Shown here piece after piece: positions 17,357 to 27,233 of a stretch of DNA of 64,000 nucleotides; position 1 is the first letter of the stretch; each line of letters opens with the position of its first letter. This DNA is from Oscillospiraceae bacterium (GTDB lineage Bacteria > Bacillota > Clostridia > Oscillospirales > CAG-272): NCBI GenBank assembly GCA_015063305.1, contig SVUJ01000005.1:34484-98483 (forward strand), written 5' to 3'. Below the pieces are notes generated by a model. The model was not told the origin of the DNA. It saw only the letters and a list, made by a program, of their open reading frames with translations, and did not search any database. The position numbers were made by a program, and so were the translations under genes.

Positions 17357-19168
17357 TTATCCGGCAGCCTCTTCGTCATCGTCGGAAGTTTCACCGTCAG
17401 GAATTATATCCTCTATCCAATCGCCGAAGATATCCTCAAGGGCATCGCGGATAGCGTCAAAGAAATCTCCTGTTCCGAGTACCGCGTTTACAGAGTCACA
17501 ATCCTTCGCAACAAGCTTAAAGCTCTTTCCCGAGGACGTGAAGTAGATATCGTAAAGATCTGTCTCGGGATTGATGATATAAGCATACGAGCGCTTCTGC
17601 GCGGGATCGGTAAAGGTAGGAGCAACCGCTATCTCAGCGCGGTCAAATTCTGCGATCTCCTTTACAGAGCCTTCCTCGGTAAGGTAAGCCTTGGTATCTT
17701 CATCTACGTTGAAATAAAGCACGTTGGAATACTCATTAAAGGTCATTGAGGTAACGTCACCCGCAATGGTCTTTCTCTTTCCTGTGGAGGACTTGTAGAA
17801 TATAAGATCGCGGTCAAGCTCGTCCATTATGAAGTAAATGTTATCCTTCTCGGTAACAACGAAGTCGATAACGTCATCAAATATCTTTTCAGGCGTACGG
17901 GTCTTATCGTTAAGGTCGATATAACGCAGAGTATCATCCTTGTCGATATAGTAGAATATATCACCCTTGGAGTTAAGAGTTCCGTTGTATCCGCATATAC
18001 GGGTAGCTTCGTAGTTCTTGTTTATGTAGTGAGTTGCGCTTGTGCCGGGAGCTACGGGTATGGTGTTCTGAACCACAATGTTTTTAAGTGTGGAAAGACA
18101 TACTACCGAAGGATCGGCAACCGTGGGAACGCATCTTCCCGCGCCTATCTCATAAGACTCGTTCTTCTTTGCGCTATATACGTGAGAGCGTATTTTATCG
18201 ACCGAAACACCCGAGGAATAGATTATTTCATCACCCTTGACGTTGAGATATGTTATTTCGTCAAAGTTACTGCTTATCTCTATCTTTTCAGACTCTTCTT
18301 CGGGCTTGATGAGATAAAGCTTCTTGGTTACCGAGGTCTCGGTTGCTACGATAGCATAAGCGTAAATGTACTTTCCGCCCTTGGAAACAGCAACGGGAAC
18401 CATATTCTTTCCAAGACTTTCGCTTCCGCCGTCAACGTAAAGATAAAGCTTTGATGCGGTTGCGTCGCTGCTGTCGGGCTCGGTGTATACGATAGCCGAA
18501 GCATCATCCGAGATCATAAAGTTAGCTGCTGTGGTGCTGCGGGTTATTCTTCCCTCATCCTCTGCTGTGTAGAAATAAACAGCATCGTTGTCCTTACGGT
18601 AAATGATACCGGGATTAAACTTGGACATGGTGAGGATCTCTTTGACCGGGCTGGAGGATATCTGTGTAAGCTCCTTGTCCTCGAGAATATATATGATATC
18701 TCCCTCGCTGGTATGCTCCACTACGTAGGCAAACGAGTTATCGTCGGCAGGGATAAGAGAGATCTCGTTTTCAAACGGCTGATCAAGCGTCTTACCGTTC
18801 ATCGCGACGTAATAAGTACCGTCTATATCGTAGGAAAGATAGGAATTATTCTTAAGCGTGAGGTTGCTTCCGCTTGAATTTGCCATAGATACGAAAATAA
18901 CTATAAGCAAAATTGCGGCAACGAGCACGGCTGCGGCAATGGCCACGGTTTTGAGGCTGAGCTCAAAAGTTTTCTGGGGCTTCTTTTTCTTTTTTGGGGG
19001 TCTTCTCATCTCGCCCGAGCCCTGCGAGGTGTTGAATGAATTGAAATCGTCTGTCTCGCTGTTTGCGGCGCTAAATGTCACAAATTCCTTTTCGGAGCGT
19101 GAATTATGCGCTTTGGCATTGTTCGCACTTGCAAATGCAGGGCGTAAATTATTATTATAAAACATCAA
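17357..19168 (-). CDS. Hypothetical single-pass membrane protein with a large beta-rich ectodomain and an acidic C-terminal tail
   Basis: GGAGG RBS. N-terminal cytoplasmic segment with a PPKKKKKP run. One TM helix (AIAAAVLVAAILLIVIFV). About 500 aa with recurring Y/I-rich strand patterns. C-terminus is DGETSDDDEEAAG. Confidence 0.6.
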   Translation of the reverse strand: MMFYNNNLRPAFASANNAKAHNSRSEKEFVTFSAANSETDDFNSFNTSQGSGEMRRPPKKKKKPQKTFELSLKTVAIAAAVLVAAILLIVIFVSMANSSGSNLTLKNNSYLSYDIDGTYYVAMNGKTLDQPFENEISLIPADDNSFAYVVEHTSEGDIIYILEDKELTQISSSPVKEILTMSKFNPGIIYRKDNDAVYFYTAEDEGRITRSTTAANFMISDDASAIVYTEPDSSDATASKLYLYVDGGSESLGKNMVPVAVSKGGKYIYAYAIVATETSVTKKLYLIKPEEESEKIEISSNFDEITYLNVKGDEIIYSSGVSVDKIRSHVYSAKKNESYEIGAGRCVPTVADPSVVCLSTLKNIVVQNTIPVAPGTSATHYINKNYEATRICGYNGTLNSKGDIFYYIDKDDTLRYIDLNDKTRTPEKIFDDVIDFVVTEKDNIYFIMDELDRDLIFYKSSTGKRKTIAGDVTSMTFNEYSNVLYFNVDEDTKAYLTEEGSVKEIAEFDRAEIAVAPTFTDPAQKRSYAYIINPETDLYDIYFTSSGKSFKLVAKDCDSVNAVLGTGDFFDAIRDALEDIFGDWIEDIIPDGETSDDDEEAAG

Positions 19169-19419
19169 TAAACCTCCAATAGGTATACTTATAAATTTCT
19201 CTAAATAATTTTATCATAATTATATTATATATACAACAACACATTGTTAAAAAATAATGAACAAACTATTAACTGCAACTATATATTGTGTCGGACAAGC
19301 ATATATAATGCCGTATTTTGAATTTTTTGCGAAAAAGATTGTTAAAATTATGAATACAGTCATAAGGCGGAATGGGGCTAAATATAATTTTACAGAAAGG
19401 AAGCCCAGGAGGACGGAAG

Positions 19420-20373
19420 ATGGGAATAACGATAGTAAATCCTGCTGTGTCGGAGCTCTATCCGGCCATTCTCGACCGCTTTCTCCCAAGAGAGCTCACT
19501 GAGGAGATAAAGAGGGTGGCTTGCGGGTGCGGACGCATAGAAGAGATACGGCTTCGTCGAGAGAGAGTAGCCTCTCTTACCACCGAGCAAGGGAATTTGT
19601 TTTTGAGCACCGTGCTGGGCGGCGAGCAGATAAACCGAATACTCTCTGATATGTGTGACCGTTCGCTATATGCCCACAGCGGTACGATAAATAACGGATA
19701 CATAACGCTTTCGGGTGGGATACGCGTGGGAATATGCGGACGCGCGGCGATAGAAAGCGGCAAGGTGATGGGTGTATATGACGTATCGGCGCTCAATATC
19801 CGAATACCCTCGGTATTTCGCAGTCTGGGAGAACCCATCTGTCGGCTTTTGCGGGAAATGAAGGGAAGCAGGGGAGTGCTGATATACTCTCCGCCCGGAG
19901 TCGGTAAGACAACTCTTTTGCGCTCGGTAGCTTACAAAATGTCCACGGGCAGGGACGCGTGGCGCGTGGCGGTGATAGACAGCAGATGTGAGCTGATGGT
20001 AGGGCAAGGAATGGAGGGTGCGGCGCTCGACGTCCTCTCGGGATATCCAAAGGGAATAGGGATAGAGATAGCCGCGCGGACTATGAACGCCCAGCTTATG
20101 GTCTGCGACGAGATAGGAGACAGAGAGGAAGCAACCGCTATAGTCTATGCGCAGAATTGCGGAGTGCCGCTTCTCGCAAGTGCTCACGGCGACAACATTC
20201 TGGGACTTTTACGCAGAGGGTCGATAATGAAGCTGCATAACGCAAGGGTCTTCGGCGCTTACGTTGGGATAGAGCGAATGAGGTCGGGCGGCGAATACAG
20301 ATACAGTATAACGAAGGCGGAGGAGGCAGATGTACTTTTGCAAAATAGCAGGAGCGCTTATCCTGGCTCTTAG
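19420..20373 (+). CDS. spoIIIAA: Stage III sporulation protein AA (ATPase)
   Basis: AGGAGG lies 7 nt upstream of ATG 19420. Walker A SPPGVGKTTLLR, Walker B MVCDEIG. First gene of an eight-gene spoIIIA-like array. Confidence 0.85.
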   Translation: MGITIVNPAVSELYPAILDRFLPRELTEEIKRVACGCGRIEEIRLRRERVASLTTEQGNLFLSTVLGGEQINRILSDMCDRSLYAHSGTINNGYITLSGGIRVGICGRAAIESGKVMGVYDVSALNIRIPSVFRSLGEPICRLLREMKGSRGVLIYSPPGVGKTTLLRSVAYKMSTGRDAWRVAVIDSRCELMVGQGMEGAALDVLSGYPKGIGIEIAARTMNAQLMVCDEIGDREEATAIVYAQNCGVPLLASAHGDNILGLLRRGSIMKLHNARVFGAYVGIERMRSGGEYRYSITKAEEADVLLQNSRSAYPGS

Positions 20374-20809
20374 CGGTGTGATAGGCGCGCTTACGATGAA
20401 TTCCGCGGCATCTAAAAAAGCAGATCAAAGCGAGGCACTCATATCCTTTTTGAGATTCGTAAGGAGCAGGATAGAATGCTTTTCTCTCCCCGCCTCTGAG
20501 ATAATACAGCGATGTGATAAGGGTCTGCTGTACGAATGCGGCTATGAGGGAGATGATTTGCCACAGGATATGGGGGATCTCTTTGAGGCGATGGCTATAC
20601 GGGACGATGAGAGCTATCGCATACTTCAAGGCTTTGCCGAGGGTTTTGGAAACAGCTACCGCGAGGAGCAGCTCAAGGAATGCGACTACTACATAGACCT
20701 TTTGTGTGAGCGCAGCCAAAGGATAGGGGAAGAGCTTCCGAAAAAGAAAAAACTTAACTCAACACTTTGTATTTCCTCAGCGCTTGGAGTGGCGATCCTG
20801 TTGCTGTAG
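20330..20809 (+). CDS. spoIIIAB: Stage III sporulation protein AB
   Basis: Overlaps the end of spoIIIAA. GGAGGAGG RBS. One N-terminal TM helix plus a soluble domain. Operon position. Confidence 0.75.
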   Translation: MYFCKIAGALILALSGVIGALTMNSAASKKADQSEALISFLRFVRSRIECFSLPASEIIQRCDKGLLYECGYEGDDLPQDMGDLFEAMAIRDDESYRILQGFAEGFGNSYREEQLKECDYYIDLLCERSQRIGEELPKKKKLNSTLCISSALGVAILLL

Positions 20810-20842
20810 GAGAGATAATAAAGAGAGAGGATATTGCAATAT

Positions 20843-21037
20843 ATGGACGTCACTCTTATATTGAAGATTGCCGGCGTTGGAATACTTGTGTCGATCGCGT
20901 CGGCAATTTTAAGTAAATCGGGCAGGGACGAGCAGGCTATGTTCGTGAGTGTGGCAGGGATAATCGTGGTCATGCTTATGCTCGTTGGGGAGATAGGTGA
21001 GCTTATCGACACGGTACGCTCGGTGTTTGGCTTCTGA
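20843..21037 (+). CDS. spoIIIAC: Stage III sporulation protein AC
   Basis: 64-aa protein with two TM helices, IAGVGILV... as in SpoIIIAC. The ORF-track start at 20834 is a TTG too close to the RBS. Confidence 0.75.
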   Translation: MDVTLILKIAGVGILVSIASAILSKSGRDEQAMFVSVAGIIVVMLMLVGEIGELIDTVRSVFGF

Positions 21038-21435
21038 TGGGCGGACAACTACTTAAGATATGCGCGCTTGCCGTTATCTGTGTGGCAGTCGGCGCGGTGA
21101 TAAATCAAATAAAGCGGGAGCTGTCCTTTGCGGTAAGATGCGCGGGGAGTATTCTGATATTCGGAATGATAGTAATATCGCTCGAACCGCTGCTGTCGGA
21201 GCTTGAGGCTGTCCGCGGACTTGAGGGCAGCGCGGAATACGTAGAGATAATGCTAAAGGCGCTCGGTGTGGCTATACTGACCCAGATATGCTCGGGAATA
21301 TGCCGCGACTGCGGAGAGAACGGCATCTCGGCTGGGGTGGAGTTCGCGGGAAAGACCGAGATACTCATACTCTGTCTGCCGCTCATAAAGAGGATACTTC
21401 AATATGCCGCCGAGATCCTTTCGATCGACGGGTGA
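21037..21435 (+). CDS. spoIIIAD: Stage III sporulation protein AD
   Basis: ATGA-type overlap with spoIIIAC. About 130-aa polytopic membrane protein. Operon position. Confidence 0.75.
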   Translation: MGGQLLKICALAVICVAVGAVINQIKRELSFAVRCAGSILIFGMIVISLEPLLSELEAVRGLEGSAEYVEIMLKALGVAILTQICSGICRDCGENGISAGVEFAGKTEILILCLPLIKRILQYAAEILSIDG

Positions 21436-21440
21436 AGGAT

Positions 21441-22577
21441 ATGAAAAAAATAATAGCGGTCTGCTTTAGTCTTTTGCTTGTATGCTCTGCCTTTTGTGCG
21501 AGGGTGGGCGCGACTGAGGCGGATAAGCTCCCCGAGGAATACTACGAGATGGTTGAGCAGCTACCCGATGATCTGCTCGATAAATTGCCCGACGGCATAG
21601 CGTCGGAGGATACGGAAAGCATAGGAGATACGATTATGAGCCTGACAAGCTCGGAGTATGTATTCTCCCTTATCGGTGAGCTTTTCGGGGAGGGCTTGGG
21701 CGGAGCTGTCGGACTTGCCGCGCGTCTGTGCGGTATTCTCGTAATATCAGCCGTTTTCTCAAGCTTTAAGAGATCGATAGGCTCGGACGCGGTCTCGGGA
21801 GCTATAGGCTTTTGCAGCTCCTGCGCGGTGTTTGCGGCGATAATCGAGGTCGAGCATAAGCAGATACTTATGGTCGGGGAGTTTTTTGAACGCCTTAATT
21901 CTCTTATGCTCTCAATGATACCCGTAACGGGCGCGGTATACGCTATGTGCGGTAACGTGACCACGGCGGCAACGGGAAGCGCCACTATGTATGCCTTTTT
22001 GGCGGTGTCCGAGGGGATATGCGCAAAAACTATTGTCCCGATAAGCAGCATTTGTCTTGCACTTGCCTTGTGCAGAAGCGTTTCTCCCGACTTGAACCTT
22101 CAGGGAATATCCTCGGGGATAAAAAAATGTTATACCTTTGTGCTTGGAATGATAATGACTATACTCATAGCACTGCTTTCGGCGCAGACCTCGCTCAGCG
22201 CGGCGGCTGACAGCACGGCGGCGAGGGCGGCAAAGATGGTCGCATCAACAGTTATCCCTGTTGTGGGCGGCTCGGTGTCCGAAACTCTGCGCACTGTGGC
22301 GTCGAGCGTACAGTATATGAAAAGCATCGTGGGAGTGGGGGGAATAGCCTTTGTGCTGATACTCCTTCTGCCCACATTAGTCACACTTCTTTTAAACCGC
22401 TTGGCGTTTATGGCGGCGGGGTGTATTGCCGATCTTCTGGGGTGTGAGAGCGAGAGCAGACTTATATCCGATATCGGCGCAATAAACGGCTGTATGATAG
22501 CCACGGTCTCTATGTGCTCGGTGATGTTTATCCTCGCCCTTAATATTTTTATCAAAACAGCAGTCGCAATATTGTGA
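21441..22577 (+). CDS. spoIIIAE: Stage III sporulation protein AE
   Basis: ATG 21441 (MKKIIAV) begins a signal peptide followed by a polytopic membrane domain. The upstream part of the ORF-track frame overlaps spoIIIAD. Confidence 0.8.
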   Translation: MKKIIAVCFSLLLVCSAFCARVGATEADKLPEEYYEMVEQLPDDLLDKLPDGIASEDTESIGDTIMSLTSSEYVFSLIGELFGEGLGGAVGLAARLCGILVISAVFSSFKRSIGSDAVSGAIGFCSSCAVFAAIIEVEHKQILMVGEFFERLNSLMLSMIPVTGAVYAMCGNVTTAATGSATMYAFLAVSEGICAKTIVPISSICLALALCRSVSPDLNLQGISSGIKKCYTFVLGMIMTILIALLSAQTSLSAAADSTAARAAKMVASTVIPVVGGSVSETLRTVASSVQYMKSIVGVGGIAFVLILLLPTLVTLLLNRLAFMAAGCIADLLGCESESRLISDIGAINGCMIATVSMCSVMFILALNIFIKTAVAIL

Positions 22578-22611
22578 TGAATAATACAATAAAATGTAGA
22601 ATAAAAGAAAT

Positions 22612-23106
22612 ATGAAGGACTATGTGATCACACTTATAAGCGTTTCGATAGTTTGCGGAATAGTACATATCTTAGCGCCTGCGGGAACGGGAGAGGGAAT
22701 AAGGAAGCACGTAAAGCTTATAAGCTCTCTCTGCGTTCTCTGTATAATGATAGCGCCGATAAGCGGATTTATAAGAAGCTTGGAAAGCTCGGAATTTAAT
22801 ATACTCGGAGAGTACAAAGAAAGCGGGAGCTTGGAAAACAGATATGATAAAATTTACAATGATATGATTTCTGCATATAGCGCGGAGCAGATAGCCGAGA
22901 GGTGCGAAGAGATACTGAGAGAGAGGTTTTCTCTTGAAGAAGGCGATATACAGGTGATGATATATTTTTCCTCGTCGGATAACGAGCCTGTTATATCAAA
23001 AGCCGCTGTAATCCTTTATACGGGAGCGATAACAAAAGACCCAAGAGAGATATCTGCGTGTGTGACTGAGCTTCTCGAGTGCGAGTGTGAAATAATATAT
23101 CGATAA
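22612..23106 (+). CDS. spoIIIAF: Stage III sporulation protein AF
   Basis: Two N-terminal TM helices plus a soluble C-terminal domain. Operon position. Confidence 0.7.
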   Translation: MKDYVITLISVSIVCGIVHILAPAGTGEGIRKHVKLISSLCVLCIMIAPISGFIRSLESSEFNILGEYKESGSLENRYDKIYNDMISAYSAEQIAERCEEILRERFSLEEGDIQVMIYFSSSDNEPVISKAAVILYTGAITKDPREISACVTELLECECEIIYR

Positions 23107-23175
23107 AATGATATTATTTGTTATTTAAAATCATAAAATCTTGTAATATAAGAAATTATGTCGAGGAAATGAATA

Positions 23176-23685
23176 ATGAAAAATGATAATAATACTAAAA
23201 AAAGCAACGGAAAAATAATATTGATTATTTTGGGTATTGCTGTAGGTGTCTTTCTTTTGATATACGGGAGCTATGCCGAAAAAAAGAATGAAACAGAAAA
23301 AACAAACCTTTCCGAAAGCTCAACCGAGATGGATGCCGACGCCTATGCCAGAGAGGCGGAGAGCCGCATTGCAAAGCTTTGCCAGAGCGTTCGGGGCGTG
23401 AGCAACGTTCACGTCTCGGTCACCCTTTCGGGCGGATATAACGCCGTGTACGCGCAAAACTCTCAATCGGGCTCTTCGGGATATAAGAATGAGTTCGTTC
23501 TCACGGGTAACGGCTCTTCCGAAAAGGCGCTTCTTATAGGATATTCAGTTCCTCAGATATCGGGTGTGGGGATAGTCTGTACAGGCGGCGGAGATGCTGA
23601 TACGCGCCGAGAGATAATAGCGCTCGTTGGAGCGGCTTTTGGCGTTAGCAGTAACAAAATTTACGTTACCGAGGCGCAAAACTAA
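23176..23685 (+). CDS. spoIIIAG: Stage III sporulation protein AG
   Basis: N-terminal TM helix. The C-terminal segment GVSNVHVSVTL...GVGIVCTGG resembles the ring-building (EscJ/PrgK-like) motif region. Operon position. Confidence 0.75.
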   Translation: MKNDNNTKKSNGKIILIILGIAVGVFLLIYGSYAEKKNETEKTNLSESSTEMDADAYAREAESRIAKLCQSVRGVSNVHVSVTLSGGYNAVYAQNSQSGSSGYKNEFVLTGNGSSEKALLIGYSVPQISGVGIVCTGGGDADTRREIIALVGAAFGVSSNKIYVTEAQN

Positions 23686-23757
23686 AAATCGGGTCATAAT
23701 TGTCCGCAAGTCTCAATATAAATGTACCGTAGAACTAATTTATCGGAGGATAATATT

Positions 23758-24336
23758 ATGAAATCTGAAAATTTCAAGGAAAAATTCAAAAGCTTTTGCC
23801 AAAGGGTCGGAAAAAGAAACTTTATTATCGCGGGTGCGGTAGTGCTTATAGCATCGGCGGTAATACTCAACTTTGCGGTATTCGCAAACGGAAAGGACGA
23901 TCCCGGGTACGATTACGACCAAAGCGCGGGACTTAACGGCACAACTCCCTCTACTACCGCATCTACCACAGCTCCGTCAGAGCCCAGCTCCGACTCCTAT
24001 TTCTCAAGCGTACAGGTGTCAAGACAGCGCACCAGAGACGAGGCGATAGAGGTTCTCCAGAGTGTTGTGGATAATCAGTCCTCTACAGAAACCGCAAAGA
24101 ACGAAGCTCTTGCCGAGATAAACAAGCTCGCAACGGTAATGGAGAACGAGGCTAACATCGAGACCCTCATTATAGCTAAAGGATTTGAGGAGTGCGTGGC
24201 AGTAATCAGCGGTGACAGCGCGAGTATCGTTGTCAGAAGCGACGGACTTATTCCCGCGCAGATATCACAGATAAACGAGATAGTATATCAGCAGGCGGGA
24301 ATACTTCCCGTAAACATAACCATCATAGAAAGATAA
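23758..24336 (+). CDS. spoIIIAH: Stage III sporulation protein AH
   Basis: GGAGG RBS before ATG 23758. TM helix, low-complexity linker, and a C-terminal YscJ/FliF-like domain. Last gene of the operon. Confidence 0.75.
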   Translation: MKSENFKEKFKSFCQRVGKRNFIIAGAVVLIASAVILNFAVFANGKDDPGYDYDQSAGLNGTTPSTTASTTAPSEPSSDSYFSSVQVSRQRTRDEAIEVLQSVVDNQSSTETAKNEALAEINKLATVMENEANIETLIIAKGFEECVAVISGDSASIVVRSDGLIPAQISQINEIVYQQAGILPVNITIIER

Positions 24337-24398
24337 TAGCAAGACGTATGTGGGGAGCATATGCTGTACTGCACAGAAATTTTGCAGGAGGCGTATGA

Positions 24399-25478
24399 AT
24401 GAGATCGACCGATAAGAGATATTTCAAGGGCGGAGGGCTGTTTGCGGCATCAAACAGCTCACAAGGATTTAAGAGCTACTATAAGCAAGTGTTCGAGGAT
24501 AGAGAGCTTTCGCGTATATACATAATAAAGGGCGGACCGGGTACGGGAAAGAGCCGCTTTATGAGAGAGGTAGCCGAGTGCGCCGAGAAGCTTGGAAAGT
24601 ACGTTGAGTATTACTATTGCTCATCTGATCCCGATTCGCTCGACGGAATAATAATCGAGGAGAGAGTGGCTATAATCGACGGAACATCGCCGCACAGCGT
24701 CGAGCCTAAAACGGCGGGCGCGAGGGAAGAGATCATCGACCTCGGCGCTTTCTGGGACTCGGATAAACTCTGTGCGCGCTACAGCGAAATAAAGCTGCTA
24801 AGCGAGAAAAAGAGTGAATGTTATATCAAAGCATACCGATATCTTTCGGGCTGTGGAGAGCTGTCGGCGATAAACAGGTCCTTGATATTGCCCACTCTTA
24901 TGGAAGAGAAGATGTTCGCATACATCGGCAGACTGTTAGATACGATACCTAAAGGCGATGGCTTTTCTCTCACCCCCGCGCTCTGCGACTCGGTGGGAAT
25001 GAAGGGAAGGGTCAAGTTCGATACCTATGAAAAATGCGCCGATAGGCTGTATTACGTTATTGATTGGTACTCAAGCGCCCACTTCTTTTTGGCGGCGCTC
25101 GTATGCGCCGCGAAGCGCAGGGATATACCACTCAGGGTATCCTATGACCCCATCAACTCCGAGCGCGTAGACGCGGTCTATTTCTGTAATTGCGGATATG
25201 CCTTTGTGAGCGTAGAGCCAAGCGAGGCGGAAGAGCTTGACGGTAAGTGTGTAAATATGAAGCGCTTCGTGGATAAGGAGGTGCTTGAGGGCTCGAAAAA
25301 GGAATACAGATATAACTGTAGGCTCTATGAGGCACTCCTGTCCTCGGCGTGTGATGCCTTTTCGGAGGCGGGGGAATATCATTTTGAGCTTGAGAGGATA
25401 TATTCCGCCTGTATGGATTTTGGCGCAAAGGAGAGATATACGCGCTCCTTTTGTGAGATGTTAGGCAGAATTATATAA
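24399..25478 (+). CDS. P-loop NTPase of unknown function (resembles the PRK06851-type family found in Firmicutes)
   Basis: AGGAGG RBS. N-terminal YFKGGGLFAASNSSQGFKSYY followed by Walker A GGPGTGKS. No other recognisable domain. Confidence 0.55.
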   Translation: MRSTDKRYFKGGGLFAASNSSQGFKSYYKQVFEDRELSRIYIIKGGPGTGKSRFMREVAECAEKLGKYVEYYYCSSDPDSLDGIIIEERVAIIDGTSPHSVEPKTAGAREEIIDLGAFWDSDKLCARYSEIKLLSEKKSECYIKAYRYLSGCGELSAINRSLILPTLMEEKMFAYIGRLLDTIPKGDGFSLTPALCDSVGMKGRVKFDTYEKCADRLYYVIDWYSSAHFFLAALVCAAKRRDIPLRVSYDPINSERVDAVYFCNCGYAFVSVEPSEAEELDGKCVNMKRFVDKEVLEGSKKEYRYNCRLYEALLSSACDAFSEAGEYHFELERIYSACMDFGAKERYTRSFCEMLGRII

Positions 25479-25482
25479 AATA

Positions 25483-25520
25483 AAAGCTGTGCCCACGAAT
25501 TTATCGGGGCACAGCTTTTT
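25483..25520. terminator. Bidirectional terminator between the ATPase gene and ruvB
   Basis: 12-bp stem aaagctgtgccc/gggcacagcttt. Flanked by A-runs and T-runs between convergent genes. Confidence 0.7.
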
Positions 25521-25529
25521 ATCTGTTAT

Positions 25530-26600
25530 TCAATTATCGTTGTTCTGGAATATATCGAGCTGTTCGGGAGCGTTCTTTTGCGCCTTGGTGTAATTTATAC
25601 CCAGATGCTCGTAAGCCAAGCGGGTAACGCATCTTCCGCGAGGTGTGCGGCTAAGATATCCTATCTGCATAAGATAGGGCTCGTAAACGTCCTCAAGGGT
25701 TATCGCTTCCTCACCGACCGTTGCGGCGAGAGTTTCAAGCCCAACAGGGCCGCCGTCATAGAATTTTATTATAGTTTCAAGCATTCTTCTGTCGGTGTTG
25801 TCAAGTCCGAGCTCGTCTATCTCAAGCCGCTGAAGCGCGTAATTTGCGATAACGCTGTCTATCTTGGAGTTTCCCTTCACCTGCGCGAAATCTCTTACTC
25901 GTTTAAGAAGTCTGTTGGCTATTCGGGGAGTACCTCGGGAGCGGGATGCTATCTCGTAAGCGCCGTCGTCGGTTATATCAAATCCGAGTATTCCCGAGCT
26001 TCTCTTAACTATTATCGCAAGCTCCTCGGGGGTGTACAATTCCAACTTGAGAACCACTCCAAAGCGGTCACGCAGAGGGGTCGTAAGCTGCCCCGCTCTT
26101 GTTGTAGCTCCTATAAGAGTGAATTTTGGAAGGTCTATTCTTATACTTCTCGCCGCAGGACCCTTGCCGATTATTATGTCAAGGGCGTTATCTTCCATAG
26201 CGGGGTAGAGTATCTCCTCGACCGTGCGCGGCAGACGGTGTATCTCATCGATGAAGAGAACATCTCCCTCGGAGAGATTTGTAAGCAGCGCTGCGAGATC
26301 TCCCTGCTTCTCGATAGCAGGGCCTGAGGTAACACGGATATTGACCCCCATCTCGTTCGCTATTATGTTTGAAAGGGTGGTCTTTCCAAGACCGGGAGGG
26401 CCGTAGAGCAGAACGTGGTCAAGGCTATCTCCTCTGAGCTTTGCGGCTTGAATATATACACTCAGGTTTTCCTTAACCTTGTCCTGACCGATATAGTCGT
26501 CAAAATTTTTGGGACGCAGAGATAATTCGGTGTCTGCATCGTCCTTGGTGTAGGAAGTGGTCATCATTCGGTTTTCAAAGTCAAATTCTTCGTCGAACAT
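25530..26600 (-). CDS. ruvB: Holliday junction branch migration helicase RuvB
   Basis: [12 protein letters not shown], Walker [10 protein letters not shown], Walker [10 protein letters not shown] and sensor motifs. Downstream of ruvA. Confidence 0.95.
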   Translation of the reverse strand: MFDEEFDFENRMMTTSYTKDDADTELSLRPKNFDDYIGQDKVKENLSVYIQAAKLRGDSLDHVLLYGPPGLGKTTLSNIIANEMGVNIRVTSGPAIEKQGDLAALLTNLSEGDVLFIDEIHRLPRTVEEILYPAMEDNALDIIIGKGPAARSIRIDLPKFTLIGATTRAGQLTTPLRDRFGVVLKLELYTPEELAIIVKRSSGILGFDITDDGAYEIASRSRGTPRIANRLLKRVRDFAQVKGNSKIDSVIANYALQRLEIDELGLDNTDRRMLETIIKFYDGGPVGLETLAATVGEEAITLEDVYEPYLMQIGYLSRTPRGRCVTRLAYEHLGINYTKAQKNAPEQLDIFQNNDN

Positions 26601-26609
26601 AGCTCCTCC

Positions 26610-27233
26610 TTATCTCATAAGCCTTTTGAGGGCTTCCTTGATGATATCGTCGACCTCAAGGCTTGTGATGTCTATCTTCTTGATGACCGCTTCAGCCTCG
26701 GCGCGGGTGTATCCCAGCACACTAAGAGCGCTTATAGCGTCCGAGCGCTTGTCCGAGGTCGAGAAGATATCCGAGATATCGTTCTGCTCCGCTTCGTCCG
26801 CGCTTGAAAATCCTTCTGCCTTGAGCTTGTCCTTGAGCTCAAGGACTATCCTTGCGGCGGTCTTAGGGCCTACGCCGTTCGCCTTGGATATCGTCTTTTT
26901 ATCATCGGTACAAACTGCGATAGCAAGTTTTTGCGGGGAGAGCAGAGAGAGTATAGAGATGGCGGCCTTAGGGCCAACTCCCGACACCGTGATAAGAAGC
27001 TTGAAGGCATCAAGCTCGTCTTCGTTTGCAAATCCGAAAAGCTCGATACCGTCCTCTCTCACCGCCATATAGGTGTAAAGTGTGACCACAGGCTTCTCGC
27101 TGACACTTCTGTGGGGCGGCATCTGCGCGTGAGTTGCCGCCGATATGGTAAGCTTATAACCAACACCGCCCGCGTCTATGACGGCGAAAGCGGGGTCGAG
27201 ATGTGCGAGTTTACCGCTTATATAGTGGAACAT
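26610..27233 (-). CDS. ruvA: Holliday junction DNA-binding protein RuvA
   Basis: MFHYISGKL...VIDAGGVGY N-terminus. Two HhH motifs (VSGVGPKAA and ANGVGPKTA). C-terminal domain III. Confidence 0.93.
   Translation of the reverse strand: MFHYISGKLAHLDPAFAVIDAGGVGYKLTISAATHAQMPPHRSVSEKPVVTLYTYMAVREDGIELFGFANEDELDAFKLLITVSGVGPKAAISILSLLSPQKLAIAVCTDDKKTISKANGVGPKTAARIVLELKDKLKAEGFSSADEAEQNDISDIFSTSDKRSDAISALSVLGYTRAEAEAVIKKIDITSLEVDDIIKEALKRLMR

Noticed and set aside
19281-19307. Sigma-E-type promoter for spoIIIA (ATATATT ... CATATATA).
   Set aside because: The -10-like CATATATA misses the last consensus position. The spacer to the ATATT-like element is 12 nt, shorter than the spacing I recall for sigma-E promoters. 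The region is so AT-rich that such matches are expected by chance.
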